Below, piece by piece: positions 12,929-22,622 of a stretch of DNA of 64,000 bases (positions are counted from its first letter, which is position 1; the number at the start of each line of letters is the position of its first letter). The stretch is from Candidatus Indicimonas acetifermentans (GTDB lineage: Bacteria > Gemmatimonadota > Gemmatimonadetes > Palauibacterales > KS3-K002). The notes under the pieces are model-generated. The model was not told the DNA's origin, did no database searches, and worked only from the letters and a program-made list of their open reading frames with translations. The stretch is taken from contig CANPVX010000001.1 in the NCBI GenBank assembly GCA_947581815.1, forward strand, positions 31,644 to 95,643, read 5' to 3'. The position numbers and the translations under genes are program-made.

Positions 12929-13315
12929 ATGGCTAGTTTCGTGAGCGCTAACTTGAGCCACGAAATCACCGGCGGATTCGTAAGCTTCAAGATCGATGCA
13001 AAAGTCCATTTCGAGGAGTCGGAAGTTGGCCATCGATGGCTGTTCCAGATCGAGTTCATGGAAGAAGATCCGCTCTCTGACGACAAAATCTCGACCAGCA
13101 GAGAGACTTTTGCGGATGAGATTAAGCGGCATTACATCATACCGTCCACTCAGGATGTCGAACTGTCGTTCACTGAGGAGATCGCGAGTCACCTTGTCAA
13201 CACGGAGTTGGGCAAAGAGGAGATCTACGCCAATCTCAAATTGAAGCCCCTGGAAAAGCCGGAGGGGTTTGTCGCGAGCCAAAGTCGCACGAACGTCACC
13301 ATCGTGGACGTATAG
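12929..13315 (+). CDS. Hypothetical acidic 128-aa protein; the only plus-strand gene; atypically low GC and low GC3
   Basis: Canonical RBS AAAGGAG at 12916-12922, 6 nt before ATG 12929. The ORF reads MASFVSANLSHEITGGFVSFKIDAKVHFEESEVGHRWLFQIEF...TNVTIVDV. GC is about 50% against about 63% around it. The upstream extension in the ORF track (from 12752) is not supported. Confidence 0.6.
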   Translation: MASFVSANLSHEITGGFVSFKIDAKVHFEESEVGHRWLFQIEFMEEDPLSDDKISTSRETFADEIKRHYIIPSTQDVELSFTEEIASHLVNTELGKEEIYANLKLKPLEKPEGFVASQSRTNVTIVDV

Positions 13316-13449
13316 GGATGGGCTTGGCCCTGAGCGGGCGCTCGGATCTCTCCCAGCCCATCATCTCCGGCGGCTGGCCGCGGCGTGTGGTTATTGTAGG
13401 CTGAGTGGTCGCCGCGTAGTGCGGCTCGAAAAAAAAGAAGGAATCCGGA

Positions 13450-13641
13450 CTAGGGCGCCTTCCGAACCTTACCCGCCTTGATGCAGCGGGTGCAGACCCG
13501 CACCCGGCGCACCTCTCCCTCCTCGACTATGCGAACCCTTTGAAGGTTCGGAAGCCAGCGCCGCCTGGTGCGATTGTTCGCGTGGCTGACGTTGTTTCCG
13601 ACCCCCGGCCTCCGGCCGCATATATGGCATACTCGCGCCAT
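13450..13641 (-). CDS. rpmB: 50S ribosomal protein L28 (zinc-ribbon C4 form)
   Basis: [34 protein letters not shown]...CTRCIK. Confidence 0.95.
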   Translation of the reverse strand: MARVCHICGRRPGVGNNVSHANNRTRRRWLPNLQRVRIVEEGEVRRVRVCTRCIKAGKVRKAP

Positions 13642-13674
13642 CAGAAAGATCTCCTGAACACGTAACCAGTGTTT

Positions 13675-14214
13675 CTAACGCTCTCCGGAGCCGGATCCCG
13701 AACCCGGTGTCGCTCCTTGGTCAGGGATCACGAAGTCGATGGAATCGACTAAGAAGAACGAGGTGTAACCGGATAGGCTTTCTCGGTTCTCCGGCTCGAA
13801 GAAGCCGCGTTGCGCCCAAACGTCTAGGATCGAGTCGTTCAAAGCGTATACCCAGCCGGCTATCGAGATATTGTCACCCGCTATCACTTGCAAGTTCGAC
13901 TCGAGGGCCGGTCGATCGAGGATCGCAGGGTAGCCTGGGCGCCCAGGCAAGTCGAGCGCCAGCGAAACTCGCCCCAGCGGCGTCACGACCCGCACCGGCG
14001 TCACCAAGACCCGCTGGCGCGAGTAGCGCTCAGGATCGATGGCGAAACTATCCACGTCGATCAGTGGCAGCTCTGTCGTGTCGGGGCCGAAACTGGCGAC
14101 TTCGATGGTCGACGACTGCCGATACAGCCAGAACATGAACCCGGCGATAAGAATCACGGCGACCGTCATCAGCGGCCAAGTACGCGTCGATATCTTCTCG
14201 AGCATATCGCCCAT
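13675..14214 (-). CDS. Hypothetical membrane-anchored protein (single N-terminal TM helix, about 140-aa extracytoplasmic domain, GS-rich tail)
   Basis: An N-terminal TM segment (PLMTVAVILIAGFMFWLY) and no recognisable motif. It is wedged between rplQ and rpmB with spacers of about 32 nt. Confidence 0.6.
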   Translation of the reverse strand: MGDMLEKISTRTWPLMTVAVILIAGFMFWLYRQSSTIEVASFGPDTTELPLIDVDSFAIDPERYSRQRVLVTPVRVVTPLGRVSLALDLPGRPGYPAILDRPALESNLQVIAGDNISIAGWVYALNDSILDVWAQRGFFEPENRESLSGYTSFFLVDSIDFVIPDQGATPGSGSGSGER

Positions 14215-14246
14215 GCGACCTGCCTCGCGGTATCTGGGTCCTTTCC

Positions 14247-14600
14247 CTAATCGACCAGTTGAACCAATGCGATCTCAGCGCCATCGCCTTCGCGGCGGCC
14301 GAGCTTGAGTATGCGAGTGTAGCCACCGTTGCGCTCGGCGTAACGTGGTCCGATTGTATCGAAGAGCTTCTTGAGCACCTCTTTATCGTGGAGGCGCTTC
14401 GCTGCTATGCGGCGAGCGTGCAGATCCCCGCGTCTTGCCAACGTTATCAGGCGCTCGGCGAACGGCCGCAACTCCTTGGCCTTGGCCGTGGTCGTTTGAA
14501 TTCGCTCATGCCTGAACAAGCTCGTCACCATGTTCGACAGCATCGCCTTCCTGTGGCTAGCCGTCCGGCTTAGCTGCCGCCCTTTTTTCCGGTGCCTCAC
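14247..14600 (-). CDS. rplQ: 50S ribosomal protein L17
   Basis: [37 protein letters not shown]. Confidence 0.95.
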   Translation of the reverse strand: MRHRKKGRQLSRTASHRKAMLSNMVTSLFRHERIQTTTAKAKELRPFAERLITLARRGDLHARRIAAKRLHDKEVLKKLFDTIGPRYAERNGGYTRILKLGRREGDGAEIALVQLVD

Positions 14601-14625
14601 GAGTTCAACCCCAGTGTATGGCTAC

Positions 14626-15672
14626 TCACTCGTCCTCTCCGTTGGCGCTCTCCCTGAGCAAGTAAAGCTCGCCATCCTCGCCTTGCTGGAACTGCATCCC
14701 GAAATGAAGACCGTGCTGCACAAGGAGGTCCGCGACTTCCTGTAGTGACTTCCTGCCGAAGTTCTCTATTTGCAGGATCTCGTCCTCGGTACGCCGCGCC
14801 AAGTCGCCCAGCGTCCTGATGTTGCCTTTTTCCAGAGTATGGCGCGAACGCACTGAGATATCGAACTCCTCGAGTGGCCGGTTCACCAGATCTTTGATCT
14901 TCTCATTGAGCGGCTCGAGCCGCGTTTCCGGTGCTGGCTGGTCGCCGTTCTCGGATCCAAAGCTCCGCAAGTAGTCCAGGTGCTTCGACATGAGCTCAGC
15001 GGCGTAGGCGACGGCCTCCTCAGGACGCATCGAACCGTCGGTTTGAACCGACAGGGTCAGCCGATCGAAGTCCGTGCGCTGACCAACGCGAGTCTCCTCG
15101 ACGTTGAAGTTCGCTCGCAGGACCGGACTATAGATCGAATCGATCCTAATCAGATCCACCGGCTCGTCCTTCCCCTTCGGGTGCTGGTCGGCGAGCACAA
15201 AACCGCGGCCGCTGTTGATGAACATCTCCATCCGAACGGGCCGGTCCTCCGGAAGCTCCTCCTGCAGCGTGAACAAGCGGTGGTCGAGATTTAGGATTTC
15301 GACTTTGGGGTTCTCGGCGATATCGCGGGCGGTGACCATGCCGGGCTCGTGCACCTCCAATTCGAGCCGAGCCTCGTGGTCCCCGCTCGACATACGGAGC
15401 ACCAGACTCTTGAACTGCTGGATGATTTGATGTACGTCCTCCACGACGCCGTTGATGGTCTGGTGCTCATGCAGCACTCCATCAGCCCGAAAGGACCAAA
15501 TCGCCCACCCGGGTAGTGACGACAGAAGGATTCGACGCGTCGCGTTTCCCAACGTCTGGCCATAGCCGCGCTCGAGCGGCTGGACGAGGAACTCCGCACG
15601 CTGGCCGTCTTCCGACGACTCGATGATCTCCACCCGCTCGGGCAGAACCCAGCCACGTAGGTCTATTTGCAT
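14626..15672 (-). CDS. rpoA: DNA-directed RNA polymerase alpha subunit
   Basis: PLERGYGQTLGNATRRILLSS is the alpha-NTD motif; 348 aa. Confidence 0.95.
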   Translation of the reverse strand: MQIDLRGWVLPERVEIIESSEDGQRAEFLVQPLERGYGQTLGNATRRILLSSLPGWAIWSFRADGVLHEHQTINGVVEDVHQIIQQFKSLVLRMSSGDHEARLELEVHEPGMVTARDIAENPKVEILNLDHRLFTLQEELPEDRPVRMEMFINSGRGFVLADQHPKGKDEPVDLIRIDSIYSPVLRANFNVEETRVGQRTDFDRLTLSVQTDGSMRPEEAVAYAAELMSKHLDYLRSFGSENGDQPAPETRLEPLNEKIKDLVNRPLEEFDISVRSRHTLEKGNIRTLGDLARRTEDEILQIENFGRKSLQEVADLLVQHGLHFGMQFQQGEDGELYLLRESANGEDE

Positions 15673-15774
15673 TTACTCCAAGCCTCCCCATCAGTACGGC
15701 CGGCGGCGAACCCCAGGGCTCGCCGCGGCTTCACAGGACCATGGTCTTAATTAGTCTGTTGCAAAAGCCCAGGT

Positions 15775-16410
15775 CTATTTCGAATACAGCTCGACGATCA
15801 ACTGTTCCTGTACCGCCAGCGGTACGTCCGCGCGCGTTGGCTTCTCGACCATGCGGCCTTTGAGTTTCTTGTGATCGACCGACAGCCAGTCGAGAACCCC
15901 TTCTCCACTGCGCGCTTCCGCCGCCTCCATCACAACCGGTAACTCCCGGCTCCTCGGCTTGACCGAGACTTCGGCTCCCGGCTGGACCGTGTAGCTCGGT
16001 ATGTCCAGGACCCGCCCATCTACGAGCACGTGCCGGTGACGTACGAGCTGGCGCGCGGCCTTCCGCGACGGCGCAAAGCCCATCCGATAGATGATGTTGT
16101 CCAGCCGGGTCTCCAGCGAGACGATCAAGTTGTCTCCTGTTATTCCCGGCTCGCGTGCAGCCTGCTTGAAGACGGTTCGAAACTGCGTCTCCTGCAGTCC
16201 GTAGATCCGCCGCACCTTCTGTTTTTCGCGAAGCTGCACGGCGTACTCCGACATCCGGCGGCGCCGAGCTCGCTGCAGGCCATGCTGACCCGGAGGATAA
16301 TTGCGCCGCTCGATGGCGCACTTCTCCGTGAAGCATCTCTTGCCCTTGAGAAAGAGCTTCTGCCCCTCACGACGACACAGCCGGCAAACCGGCCCCGCAT
16401 ACCTTCCCAT
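15775..16410 (-). CDS. rpsD: 30S ribosomal protein S4
   Basis: MGRYAGPVCRLCRREGQKLFLKGKRC. Confidence 0.95.
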   Translation of the reverse strand: MGRYAGPVCRLCRREGQKLFLKGKRCFTEKCAIERRNYPPGQHGLQRARRRRMSEYAVQLREKQKVRRIYGLQETQFRTVFKQAAREPGITGDNLIVSLETRLDNIIYRMGFAPSRKAARQLVRHRHVLVDGRVLDIPSYTVQPGAEVSVKPRSRELPVVMEAAEARSGEGVLDWLSVDHKKLKGRMVEKPTRADVPLAVQEQLIVELYSK

Positions 16411-16468
16411 TTATCTCATATTCTCGTGTAAGCGCTCATCGACGTATGCTCTTTTCCAAGCCAATCGC

Positions 16469-16861
16469 TCAAACCCTTCGCTTCTTGGGTGGCCGGCAAC
16501 CGTTGTGGGGAATCGGTGTCACGTCGCGAATCGAACGGACTTGCAGACCCGAAGTCTGCAGAGCCTGTATCGCGGACTCGCGTCCCGAGCCCGGACCCTG
16601 TACACGAACGTGGACGCGCCTCATGCCGAGGCTCAGCGCTTCCCGCGCCGCCTGCTCAGCGGCAACAGTTGCGGCAAACGGGGTCGACTTCTTCGAGCCC
16701 TTGAACCCCGCCTTCCCCGCGCTCCCCCATACGACCGTATTCCCCTCCATGTCGGTGATCGTCACGATTGTATTGTTGAAAGTCGCCTTGATATAGGCGA
16801 TCCCCTCGACACCGACATCCTTTTTCTTCTTCTGACCGGAAGACTTTTTCTTCGGCGGCAT
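16469..16861 (-). CDS. rpsK: 30S ribosomal protein S11
   Basis: [22 protein letters not shown]. Confidence 0.95.
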   Translation of the reverse strand: MPPKKKSSGQKKKKDVGVEGIAYIKATFNNTIVTITDMEGNTVVWGSAGKAGFKGSKKSTPFAATVAAEQAAREALSLGMRRVHVRVQGPGSGRESAIQALQTSGLQVRSIRDVTPIPHNGCRPPKKRRV

Positions 16862-16864
16862 ATT

Positions 16865-17245
16865 CTATTTCCTCGGCGTCTTTTTCTTGCCCGCTACTCT
16901 GCGACGTGGCCCCTTGCGCGTGCGGGCGTTCGTATGGGTGCGCTGTCCACGTACTGGAAGCCCCTTGCGATGGCGGATACCTCTGTAACACCCGATATCC
17001 ATCAGTCGCTTGATGTTCATCGCGACCTCGGTGCGAAGCGCACCCTCGACCTTGTGCTTGGTCTCGAGGATGCGCCGGACCCTGTTGACGTCCTCGTCCG
17101 ACATCTGGTGCACCCGCAAATCAGGATCGACCCCGGTCTCGACGATGATCTGTTTCGAGATCGAGCGGCCGATCCCATATATGTGGGTGAGCGCGATCTC
17201 CAGGCGCTTCGAGTTGGGCAGATCGACGCCAGCTATACGTACCAT
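16865..17245 (-). CDS. rpsM: 30S ribosomal protein S13
   Basis: [26 protein letters not shown]. Confidence 0.95.
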   Translation of the reverse strand: MVRIAGVDLPNSKRLEIALTHIYGIGRSISKQIIVETGVDPDLRVHQMSDEDVNRVRRILETKHKVEGALRTEVAMNIKRLMDIGCYRGIRHRKGLPVRGQRTHTNARTRKGPRRRVAGKKKTPRK

Positions 17246-17260
17246 ATCCCCATTCCTCGC

Positions 17261-17377
17261 CTAACCTTGACGTTGCTTGTGCTTCGGATTCCGCTTGCAA
17301 ATCACCCGGACGACGCCCCGGCGTCGGACCAGTTTGCAATGCTCGCAAATGCGCTTAACGCTCGACCGTACCTTCAC
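17261..17377 (-). CDS. rpmJ: 50S ribosomal protein L36 (zinc-binding form); not in the ORF track, found by manual translation
   Basis: A GTG-initiated minus-strand ORF reads [38 protein letters not shown], preceded by AGGAAGAGA. Confidence 0.85.
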   Translation of the reverse strand: MKVRSSVKRICEHCKLVRRRGVVRVICKRNPKHKQRQG

Positions 17378-17491
17378 TTGCGGCTGTCTCTTCCTATTTT
17401 CGAGTCTAACCCGAAGAACATACTCGGCTCGCCCCGAATGGCAATGGCTCTCGCGCCCCCATCACACGGCTCACGCAATTCGCACCTCGCC

Positions 17492-17710
17492 TCATTTGTA
17501 CCTGTAGGTGATCCGCCCGCGCGTCAGGTCGTAAGGCGAAAGATCCAACTGCACTTTGTCCCCAGGTAGGATCCGGATGTAATGCATCCGAATCTTTCCC
17601 GATATGTGGGCCATAATCTCATGGCCGTTTTCCAATTCAACCCTGAACATCGCGTTCGGGAGCGCCTCAATCACGGTGCCGGTCATCTGGATCGATTCTT
17701 CTTTAGCCAC
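17492..17710 (-). CDS. infA: Translation initiation factor IF-1
   Basis: [41 protein letters not shown]. Confidence 0.95.
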   Translation of the reverse strand: MAKEESIQMTGTVIEALPNAMFRVELENGHEIMAHISGKIRMHYIRILPGDKVQLDLSPYDLTRGRITYRYK

Positions 17711-17718
17711 GCAGCCTC

Positions 17719-18492
17719 TCAGCTCGCCTTCGACGGCACCGCGGTGAGTACTCGTGGGCCCTTTTCGGTAACCACGACCGTATGCTCGAAGTGGGCGGAG
17801 GTCTTGCGATCCGCCGTCACCACCGTCCAGTCATCTTCGAGCATCCGTATCTCCGGCCCATCCAGGTTGAACATGGGCTCGATCGCTAGCACGAGGCCTG
17901 GGCGGAGACGCACGCCCTGGCCCGCGTGACCGATGTTGGGCACCTGCGGCTCTTCGTGCGGTTGGGTGCCGATCCCGTGGCCAACGAGCTCTCGCACGAC
18001 GCTAAAACCGGCGCCTTCGCCCACGGCCTGAATAGCGGCGCTGATATCGCCTACGTGCCCTCCCGGCTGCGCCGCCTCGACGCCGCGCATCAAGGCTTCA
18101 CGCGTCGCCTCCAACAGGCGCGCGACTTCCGGATCGACCTCGCCGACGCCCAGCGTGACGGCGCTATCCCCGTAATAACCCTCATACCCGACACCGACGT
18201 CGATGCTGATCACGTCGCCCTCCTGAAGCATGCGCTTTCTCGAGGGGATCCCATGCACGACTTCTTCGTTGATGCTCGTGCAGAGGGTGGCTGGGAAGCC
18301 ATAAAGCCCTTTGAAGGCCGGCCTCGCGCCCACGTGCCCCCGAATCAGCTCCTCGGCCCATTCATCGAGCTCGGCCGTCGTGACCCCCGGCCGTATCTGC
18401 CCTTCTACCTGATCGAGCACTTCTGCGACGATCTCGCAGGCGCGGACGATCAGCTCGATCTCGTTATCCGTCTTCAGCGTGATCAAGAGCAC
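17719..18492 (-). CDS. map: Methionine aminopeptidase type I
   Basis: Metal-binding D/D/H/E/E framework (..ISIDVGV..HGIG..) over 257 aa. Confidence 0.9.
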   Translation of the reverse strand: MLLITLKTDNEIELIVRACEIVAEVLDQVEGQIRPGVTTAELDEWAEELIRGHVGARPAFKGLYGFPATLCTSINEEVVHGIPSRKRMLQEGDVISIDVGVGYEGYYGDSAVTLGVGEVDPEVARLLEATREALMRGVEAAQPGGHVGDISAAIQAVGEGAGFSVVRELVGHGIGTQPHEEPQVPNIGHAGQGVRLRPGLVLAIEPMFNLDGPEIRMLEDDWTVVTADRKTSAHFEHTVVVTEKGPRVLTAVPSKAS

Positions 18493-19133
18493 CCCACGGC
18501 GCTGAGCAGCCGTCCGTGCACTTCTTCTACCGTGCCTATTGCATCGAGCTCAAAAAGCTTCACAGAACCGTTCTTGTACCAAGCCAGTAAAGGCTCCGTG
18601 TTCTCGTGGTATACGCGAAGACGGTTACGGACCGTTTCCTGTTTGTCATCGACTCTCGCTTCCAATCGACCCCCGCAGCGATCGCAGCGATCGCTTACTT
18701 CGGAGGTTTCAGCGCGCAGGCTGAAAACAGCCCCACAATCTGGGCAAACCCTACGACGCGCCAGACGTCGGACAAGCTCCTCATCGTCAACGTCGAAGTA
18801 CACGACAGCGCTCAGCGCCCGATTCTGCTGGGCGAGGTACGCGTCGAGTGCTTCCGCTTGCGGGACGTTGCGCGGGAAGCCGTCCAGAATGAACCCCCGC
18901 TCAGCGTCGGGTGACTTCAGCGCTGCGTCGACGATGCCGAGCACGACCTCGTCTGGAACCAGCTCGCCCCGATCCATGTACCGTTTGGCCTCAACACCGA
19001 GCGGGCTGTTCTCCCGAACGGCCTCTCGCAGGATGTCGCCGGTTGCGTATTTCGGAATCTCGACACGTCCTGCCAGGAGATTCGCCTGTGTACCCTTTCC
19101 TGCGCCCGGCGGGCCCAAAAATACGAGGTTCAT
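18483..19133 (-). CDS. adk: Adenylate kinase
   Basis: MNLVFLGPPGAGKGTQA P-loop and a CxxC..CxxC lid zinc site. The true start is the internal ATG, not the track start at 19157. Confidence 0.9.
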   Translation of the reverse strand: MNLVFLGPPGAGKGTQANLLAGRVEIPKYATGDILREAVRENSPLGVEAKRYMDRGELVPDEVVLGIVDAALKSPDAERGFILDGFPRNVPQAEALDAYLAQQNRALSAVVYFDVDDEELVRRLARRRVCPDCGAVFSLRAETSEVSDRCDRCGGRLEARVDDKQETVRNRLRVYHENTEPLLAWYKNGSVKLFELDAIGTVEEVHGRLLSAVGCS

Positions 19134-19170
19134 CCACGCTGCTCCGTGAACCGACACGCCTGGAGCCTCG

Positions 19171-20484
19171 TCACATGTACTTTTGACGTCCCCGATATTT
19201 CACACGACCCTTCTTCATGAATCCTTCATAGTGCCGCAACAGCAGGTGTTGCTGCATCTGCTGAACAGTATCGAGGGCTACACCCACCACGATCAGCAAG
19301 GCCGTGCCGCCGAAGAAGAAGAGCTGTATGTCGAACCAGGCAAATATCAGGAACGGGACAAGGGCGATGGTCGCGAGAAAGATCGACCCAGGCAGCGTTA
19401 TGCGATCGAGGACATACTCGATGTATTCTGCCGTTCGCGCTCCGGGCTTAACGCCCGGAATGAAGGCGCCCTGTTTATTTAGGTTCTCAGCCAAATCGAT
19501 CGGATTGAAGATGATCGCCGTGTAGAAGTACGTGAAGAAGACGATCAACAACGCGTAAGTGACGTAATACGCCCAGTTACCCGGCTGAAACAGATCGGAG
19601 ATGGCTCTGAGCAACTGGACGTTCGAGAACGATGCGAGCGTCCCCGGCACAACGATGATCGACTGGGCGAAGATGATCGGCATCACGCCGGCGGAGTTGA
19701 TCCGCAGCGGTATGAAAGACTTTTGTCCTTCACGGATGCGGCCCCTCCCAACAACCTTTCTCGGTATCTGGACGGGGATCTTGCGCGCTGCCATCGTCAC
19801 GGCGACGGTCCCGGCGATCACTCCCACCATCACGACCAGAAGGGCGATCAGCTTGAACGCGGTGATCGTCCCCACCGACAAAGCCTCCAGCGTCCGAGCG
19901 ACTCCGTTCGGAAAGCTCTCCAGGATCGAGAAGAAGATCAGAAGCGACATCCCGTTCCCGATCCCGCGCTCGGTGATCTGCTCGCCGAGCCACATGATGA
20001 AGATGGCGCCAGTGGTGAGAGACAGCACGGTCACGAGGCGGAAGCCCCAGCCGGGGAAGGGGACGATCCCCGCCTGGCTCTCGAGGAATATCGCGTACCC
20101 GTAGCCCTGAAGCACCGAGAGCGCCACGGTCGTGTAGCGCGTCCACTGATTGAGGCGCTTCCGTCCCTCCTCCCCTTCCTTCTGCATCTTCTCGATCGTG
20201 GGGAAGACGGCCGCCAGCAGCTGGAACATGATGCTGGCGGAGATATAAGGCATGATCCCCAGGGCGAAGACGGTCGCCCGCTGCAACCCGCCCCCTACGA
20301 ACATGTCGTAGAGGCCGAAGAGCGTGCCCTGCAGCGCGGCGCCCAGATCGCGCAGCGCGACGATATTCACTCCGGGGACGGTGATATGCGCGCCGAAGCG
20401 ATAGATCGCCACGCACATCAAGGTGAAGAGGATCTTCTCCTTGAGCTCCGGCGCGCGAAACAGGCTCTGGATCGGGTTCGCCAT
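19171..20484 (-). CDS. secY: Preprotein translocase SecY
   Basis: A 437-aa polytopic membrane protein in the spc-operon position; ...IMPYISASI... Confidence 0.95.
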   Translation of the reverse strand: MANPIQSLFRAPELKEKILFTLMCVAIYRFGAHITVPGVNIVALRDLGAALQGTLFGLYDMFVGGGLQRATVFALGIMPYISASIMFQLLAAVFPTIEKMQKEGEEGRKRLNQWTRYTTVALSVLQGYGYAIFLESQAGIVPFPGWGFRLVTVLSLTTGAIFIMWLGEQITERGIGNGMSLLIFFSILESFPNGVARTLEALSVGTITAFKLIALLVVMVGVIAGTVAVTMAARKIPVQIPRKVVGRGRIREGQKSFIPLRINSAGVMPIIFAQSIIVVPGTLASFSNVQLLRAISDLFQPGNWAYYVTYALLIVFFTYFYTAIIFNPIDLAENLNKQGAFIPGVKPGARTAEYIEYVLDRITLPGSIFLATIALVPFLIFAWFDIQLFFFGGTALLIVVGVALDTVQQMQQHLLLRHYEGFMKKGRVKYRGRQKYM

Positions 20485-20927
20485 CAGCCGATCTCCTTAG
20501 CCTCCCCGCCAGCCTTCTCGATCTTCTCTCGCGCCGTGCGGCTGAAAGCGTGGGCGGCAACGCTCAGCGTCCGGCTGAGTTCCCCTTTCCCGAGGATCTT
20601 CACAGGCCTGTTCCGGGAGCCGATCAGTCCCGCCGACTTGAGCGTTAAGGGCGTCGCGTCCGATCCCGGCAATCTTTCCAAGTCACCGACGTTGACCACC
20701 TGATACTCCACGCGGTTGCGCGGGGTGAAGCCGCGCTTGGGCAGACGCCGCTGCAGCGGCATCTGGCCACCCTCGAACCAGGGTTTGGTCGAACCGCCGG
20801 AGCGCGATTTCTGACCCTTGTGGCCTCGTCCCGATGTCTTGCCCAAACCGGTCCCCGGGCCGCGACCCAGCCTCTTGCGACTCCGCTTCATGTCCTTGGG
20901 ACGCCGGATCGATTCCAGCCGCACCAT
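20484..20927 (-). CDS. rplO: 50S ribosomal protein L15
   Basis: KRLGRGPGTGLGKTSGRGHKGQKSRSGG. Confidence 0.95.
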   Translation of the reverse strand: MVRLESIRRPKDMKRSRKRLGRGPGTGLGKTSGRGHKGQKSRSGGSTKPWFEGGQMPLQRRLPKRGFTPRNRVEYQVVNVGDLERLPGSDATPLTLKSAGLIGSRNRPVKILGKGELSRTLSVAAHAFSRTAREKIEKAGGEAKEIG

Positions 20928-20931
20928 CTAG

Positions 20932-21141
20932 CTAGGATTCCTTCCTCTGCTTCTTCGTTTTGCTCTGGGCGGGTTCGACTTCCACCAGGTGCTTGACCCG
21001 AAAGAGCATTCCGCGTATCGCGGGATTATCGGGTCTCACGACGGTGCGCTGATGCTTGAGGCCCAACGCCTCCAGGTTGCGCCGGATCTTGCGGGGAGCA
21101 TCGATGCCGCTCTTTACCTGCCGGATCCTCAGCTCAGGCAT
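20932..21141 (-). CDS. rpmD: 50S ribosomal protein L30
   Basis: [28 protein letters not shown]. Confidence 0.9.
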   Translation of the reverse strand: MPELRIRQVKSGIDAPRKIRRNLEALGLKHQRTVVRPDNPAIRGMLFRVKHLVEVEPAQSKTKKQRKES

Positions 21142-21658
21142 TCCGACCGTCCAGCAGCTCTTCCAGCGGAATGCCGCGCTCCCGCGCCGCTTGCTCAGGC
21201 GTCACGAGCTCCAGCAGGCCAGCCATTGTCGCCCGCACCATGTTGATCGGGTTGTTGGAGCCCAGGCTTTTGGTCAGTATATCCTGAATACCCGCACACT
21301 CCAGAACGGCACGCACGGGCCCCCCAGCGATGACTCCGGTTCCGGGCCCGGCTGGCCGCAAGAGCACTCTACCCGAACCGTGTTTGCCTATGATCTCATG
21401 CGGTATGGTGCCATGTGCCACGATCGAGACTTCGACCATGGCGCGCTTCGCTTGCTCTATCCCCTTGCGGATAGCCTCCGCCACTTCCTTTGCTTTCCCC
21501 AGCGCAGTGCCGACGCGGCCCTGCTGATCACCCACCGCCACGAGGGCCGTGAACGAGAACCGACGACCACCCTTTACCACTTTCGCGACGCGGTTGATGT
21601 AGATGACGTTCTCGAGAAGCTCGGTCTCGCGAGCCCGCTTCTCACGTTGCTTATTCAC
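21134..21658 (-). CDS. rpsE: 30S ribosomal protein S5
   Basis: [24 protein letters not shown]. Confidence 0.95.
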   Translation of the reverse strand: MNKQREKRARETELLENVIYINRVAKVVKGGRRFSFTALVAVGDQQGRVGTALGKAKEVAEAIRKGIEQAKRAMVEVSIVAHGTIPHEIIGKHGSGRVLLRPAGPGTGVIAGGPVRAVLECAGIQDILTKSLGSNNPINMVRATMAGLLELVTPEQAARERGIPLEELLDGRNA

Positions 21659-22065
21659 TAGAACTTAAGCCCTCCCTTGCGGGCGCCGTCGGCGAACGCT
21701 TTGACGCGCCCATGATATCGGTAGCCCCCGCGGTCGAATACGACACTATCGATCCCCTTTGCGAGCGCCCGCTCGGCCATCACGACACCGGCGGCATGGC
21801 TCTGGGCCGACTTGTGACGCTCATCACCAAGTTTTGCCGTCACGTCGTCGTTCCGAGTGGACACACCGGTGATGGCAATGCCGCGCTCGTCGTCCATCAG
21901 CTGAGCTTCCATTTGCTTCAACGAACGGAATACCACCAGCCGAGGGCGCGCTCCTGTTCCCCGGATCTTCTTGAGCACACGCGCGTGCCGGCGTAGGCGC
22001 GCAACCCGGCGTTTCTCCGACGTGCCATGCGGTTTCTTCCGTTTGACGAGCTTCAGCGTCGACAT
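21658..22065 (-). CDS. rplR: 50S ribosomal protein L18
   Basis: [17 protein letters not shown]...[20 protein letters not shown]. Confidence 0.95.
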   Translation of the reverse strand: MSTLKLVKRKKPHGTSEKRRVARLRRHARVLKKIRGTGARPRLVVFRSLKQMEAQLMDDERGIAITGVSTRNDDVTAKLGDERHKSAQSHAAGVVMAERALAKGIDSVVFDRGGYRYHGRVKAFADGARKGGLKF

Positions 22066-22601
22066 CAGATTGCCGTCTTACCCGCTTTGCGCCTGATATG
22101 TTCGCCTGCGTAGCGAACGCCCTTTCCCTTATAGGGCTCGGGCGGCCGAAGCCCGCGTATCTCAGCCGCCGCCTGCCCCACCTTCTCCTTATCTATGCCA
22201 GAGACTGTCACCGCGATCGGCGAGTCGGCTTCGATCCTTACACCATCCGGGGGGGCGTAAACAATCGGATGCGAGTAGCCGAGATGAAGGCGCAAGTTCT
22301 TCCCTGCGGCCTCGGCCTTGTATCCGATACCTACGATCTCGAGCTTCTTCTCGAAGCCGTCCACCACGCCGGTGATCATGTTGGCGAGCAGCGAGCCCGT
22401 GAGTCCGTGCAGCGAGCGGTGATCCTGCCGATCGGTGGGCCGGGTTACGCGCAGCTGCCCATCCTCCTGTACGATCGCCATCGACGGATGGAACTCACGC
22501 TCCAGCTCGCCCTTGGGACCCTTCACATTCACTCGCCTCCCATCGATGGTCACAGAGACCCCGTCGGGTATCGTTATGATCTGTTTGCCAATCCGAGACA
22601 T
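22065..22601 (-). CDS. rplF: 50S ribosomal protein L6
   Basis: MSRIGKQIITIPDGVSVTIDGRRVNVKGPKG. Confidence 0.95.
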   Translation of the reverse strand: MSRIGKQIITIPDGVSVTIDGRRVNVKGPKGELEREFHPSMAIVQEDGQLRVTRPTDRQDHRSLHGLTGSLLANMITGVVDGFEKKLEIVGIGYKAEAAGKNLRLHLGYSHPIVYAPPDGVRIEADSPIAVTVSGIDKEKVGQAAAEIRGLRPPEPYKGKGVRYAGEHIRRKAGKTAI

Positions 22602-22622
22602 GTGCCTTGCCGCCCCGCCAGC

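Noticed and set aside
13681-13704. The GS-repeat tail of the membrane protein as a slippage-prone DNA repeat
   Set aside because: The GSGSGSG run is encoded by non-repetitive synonymous codons (tcc gga gcc gga tcc cga acc). It is low-complexity protein, not a perfect DNA tandem repeat, unlike the (GCCCCC)5 case.
16301-17569. A 422-codon plus-strand ORF. Other long plus-strand ORFs of the same kind are 17926-19149, 34397-35623, 35413-36297, 48802-50412 and 19723-20703.
   Set aside because: Each lies exactly antisense to well-supported conserved genes (rpsK/rpsM/rpmJ/infA, map/adk, rpoC, cysS, secY). High GC suppresses stop codons on the antisense strand, and the translations are Arg/Pro/Ala-rich low-complexity with no motif.
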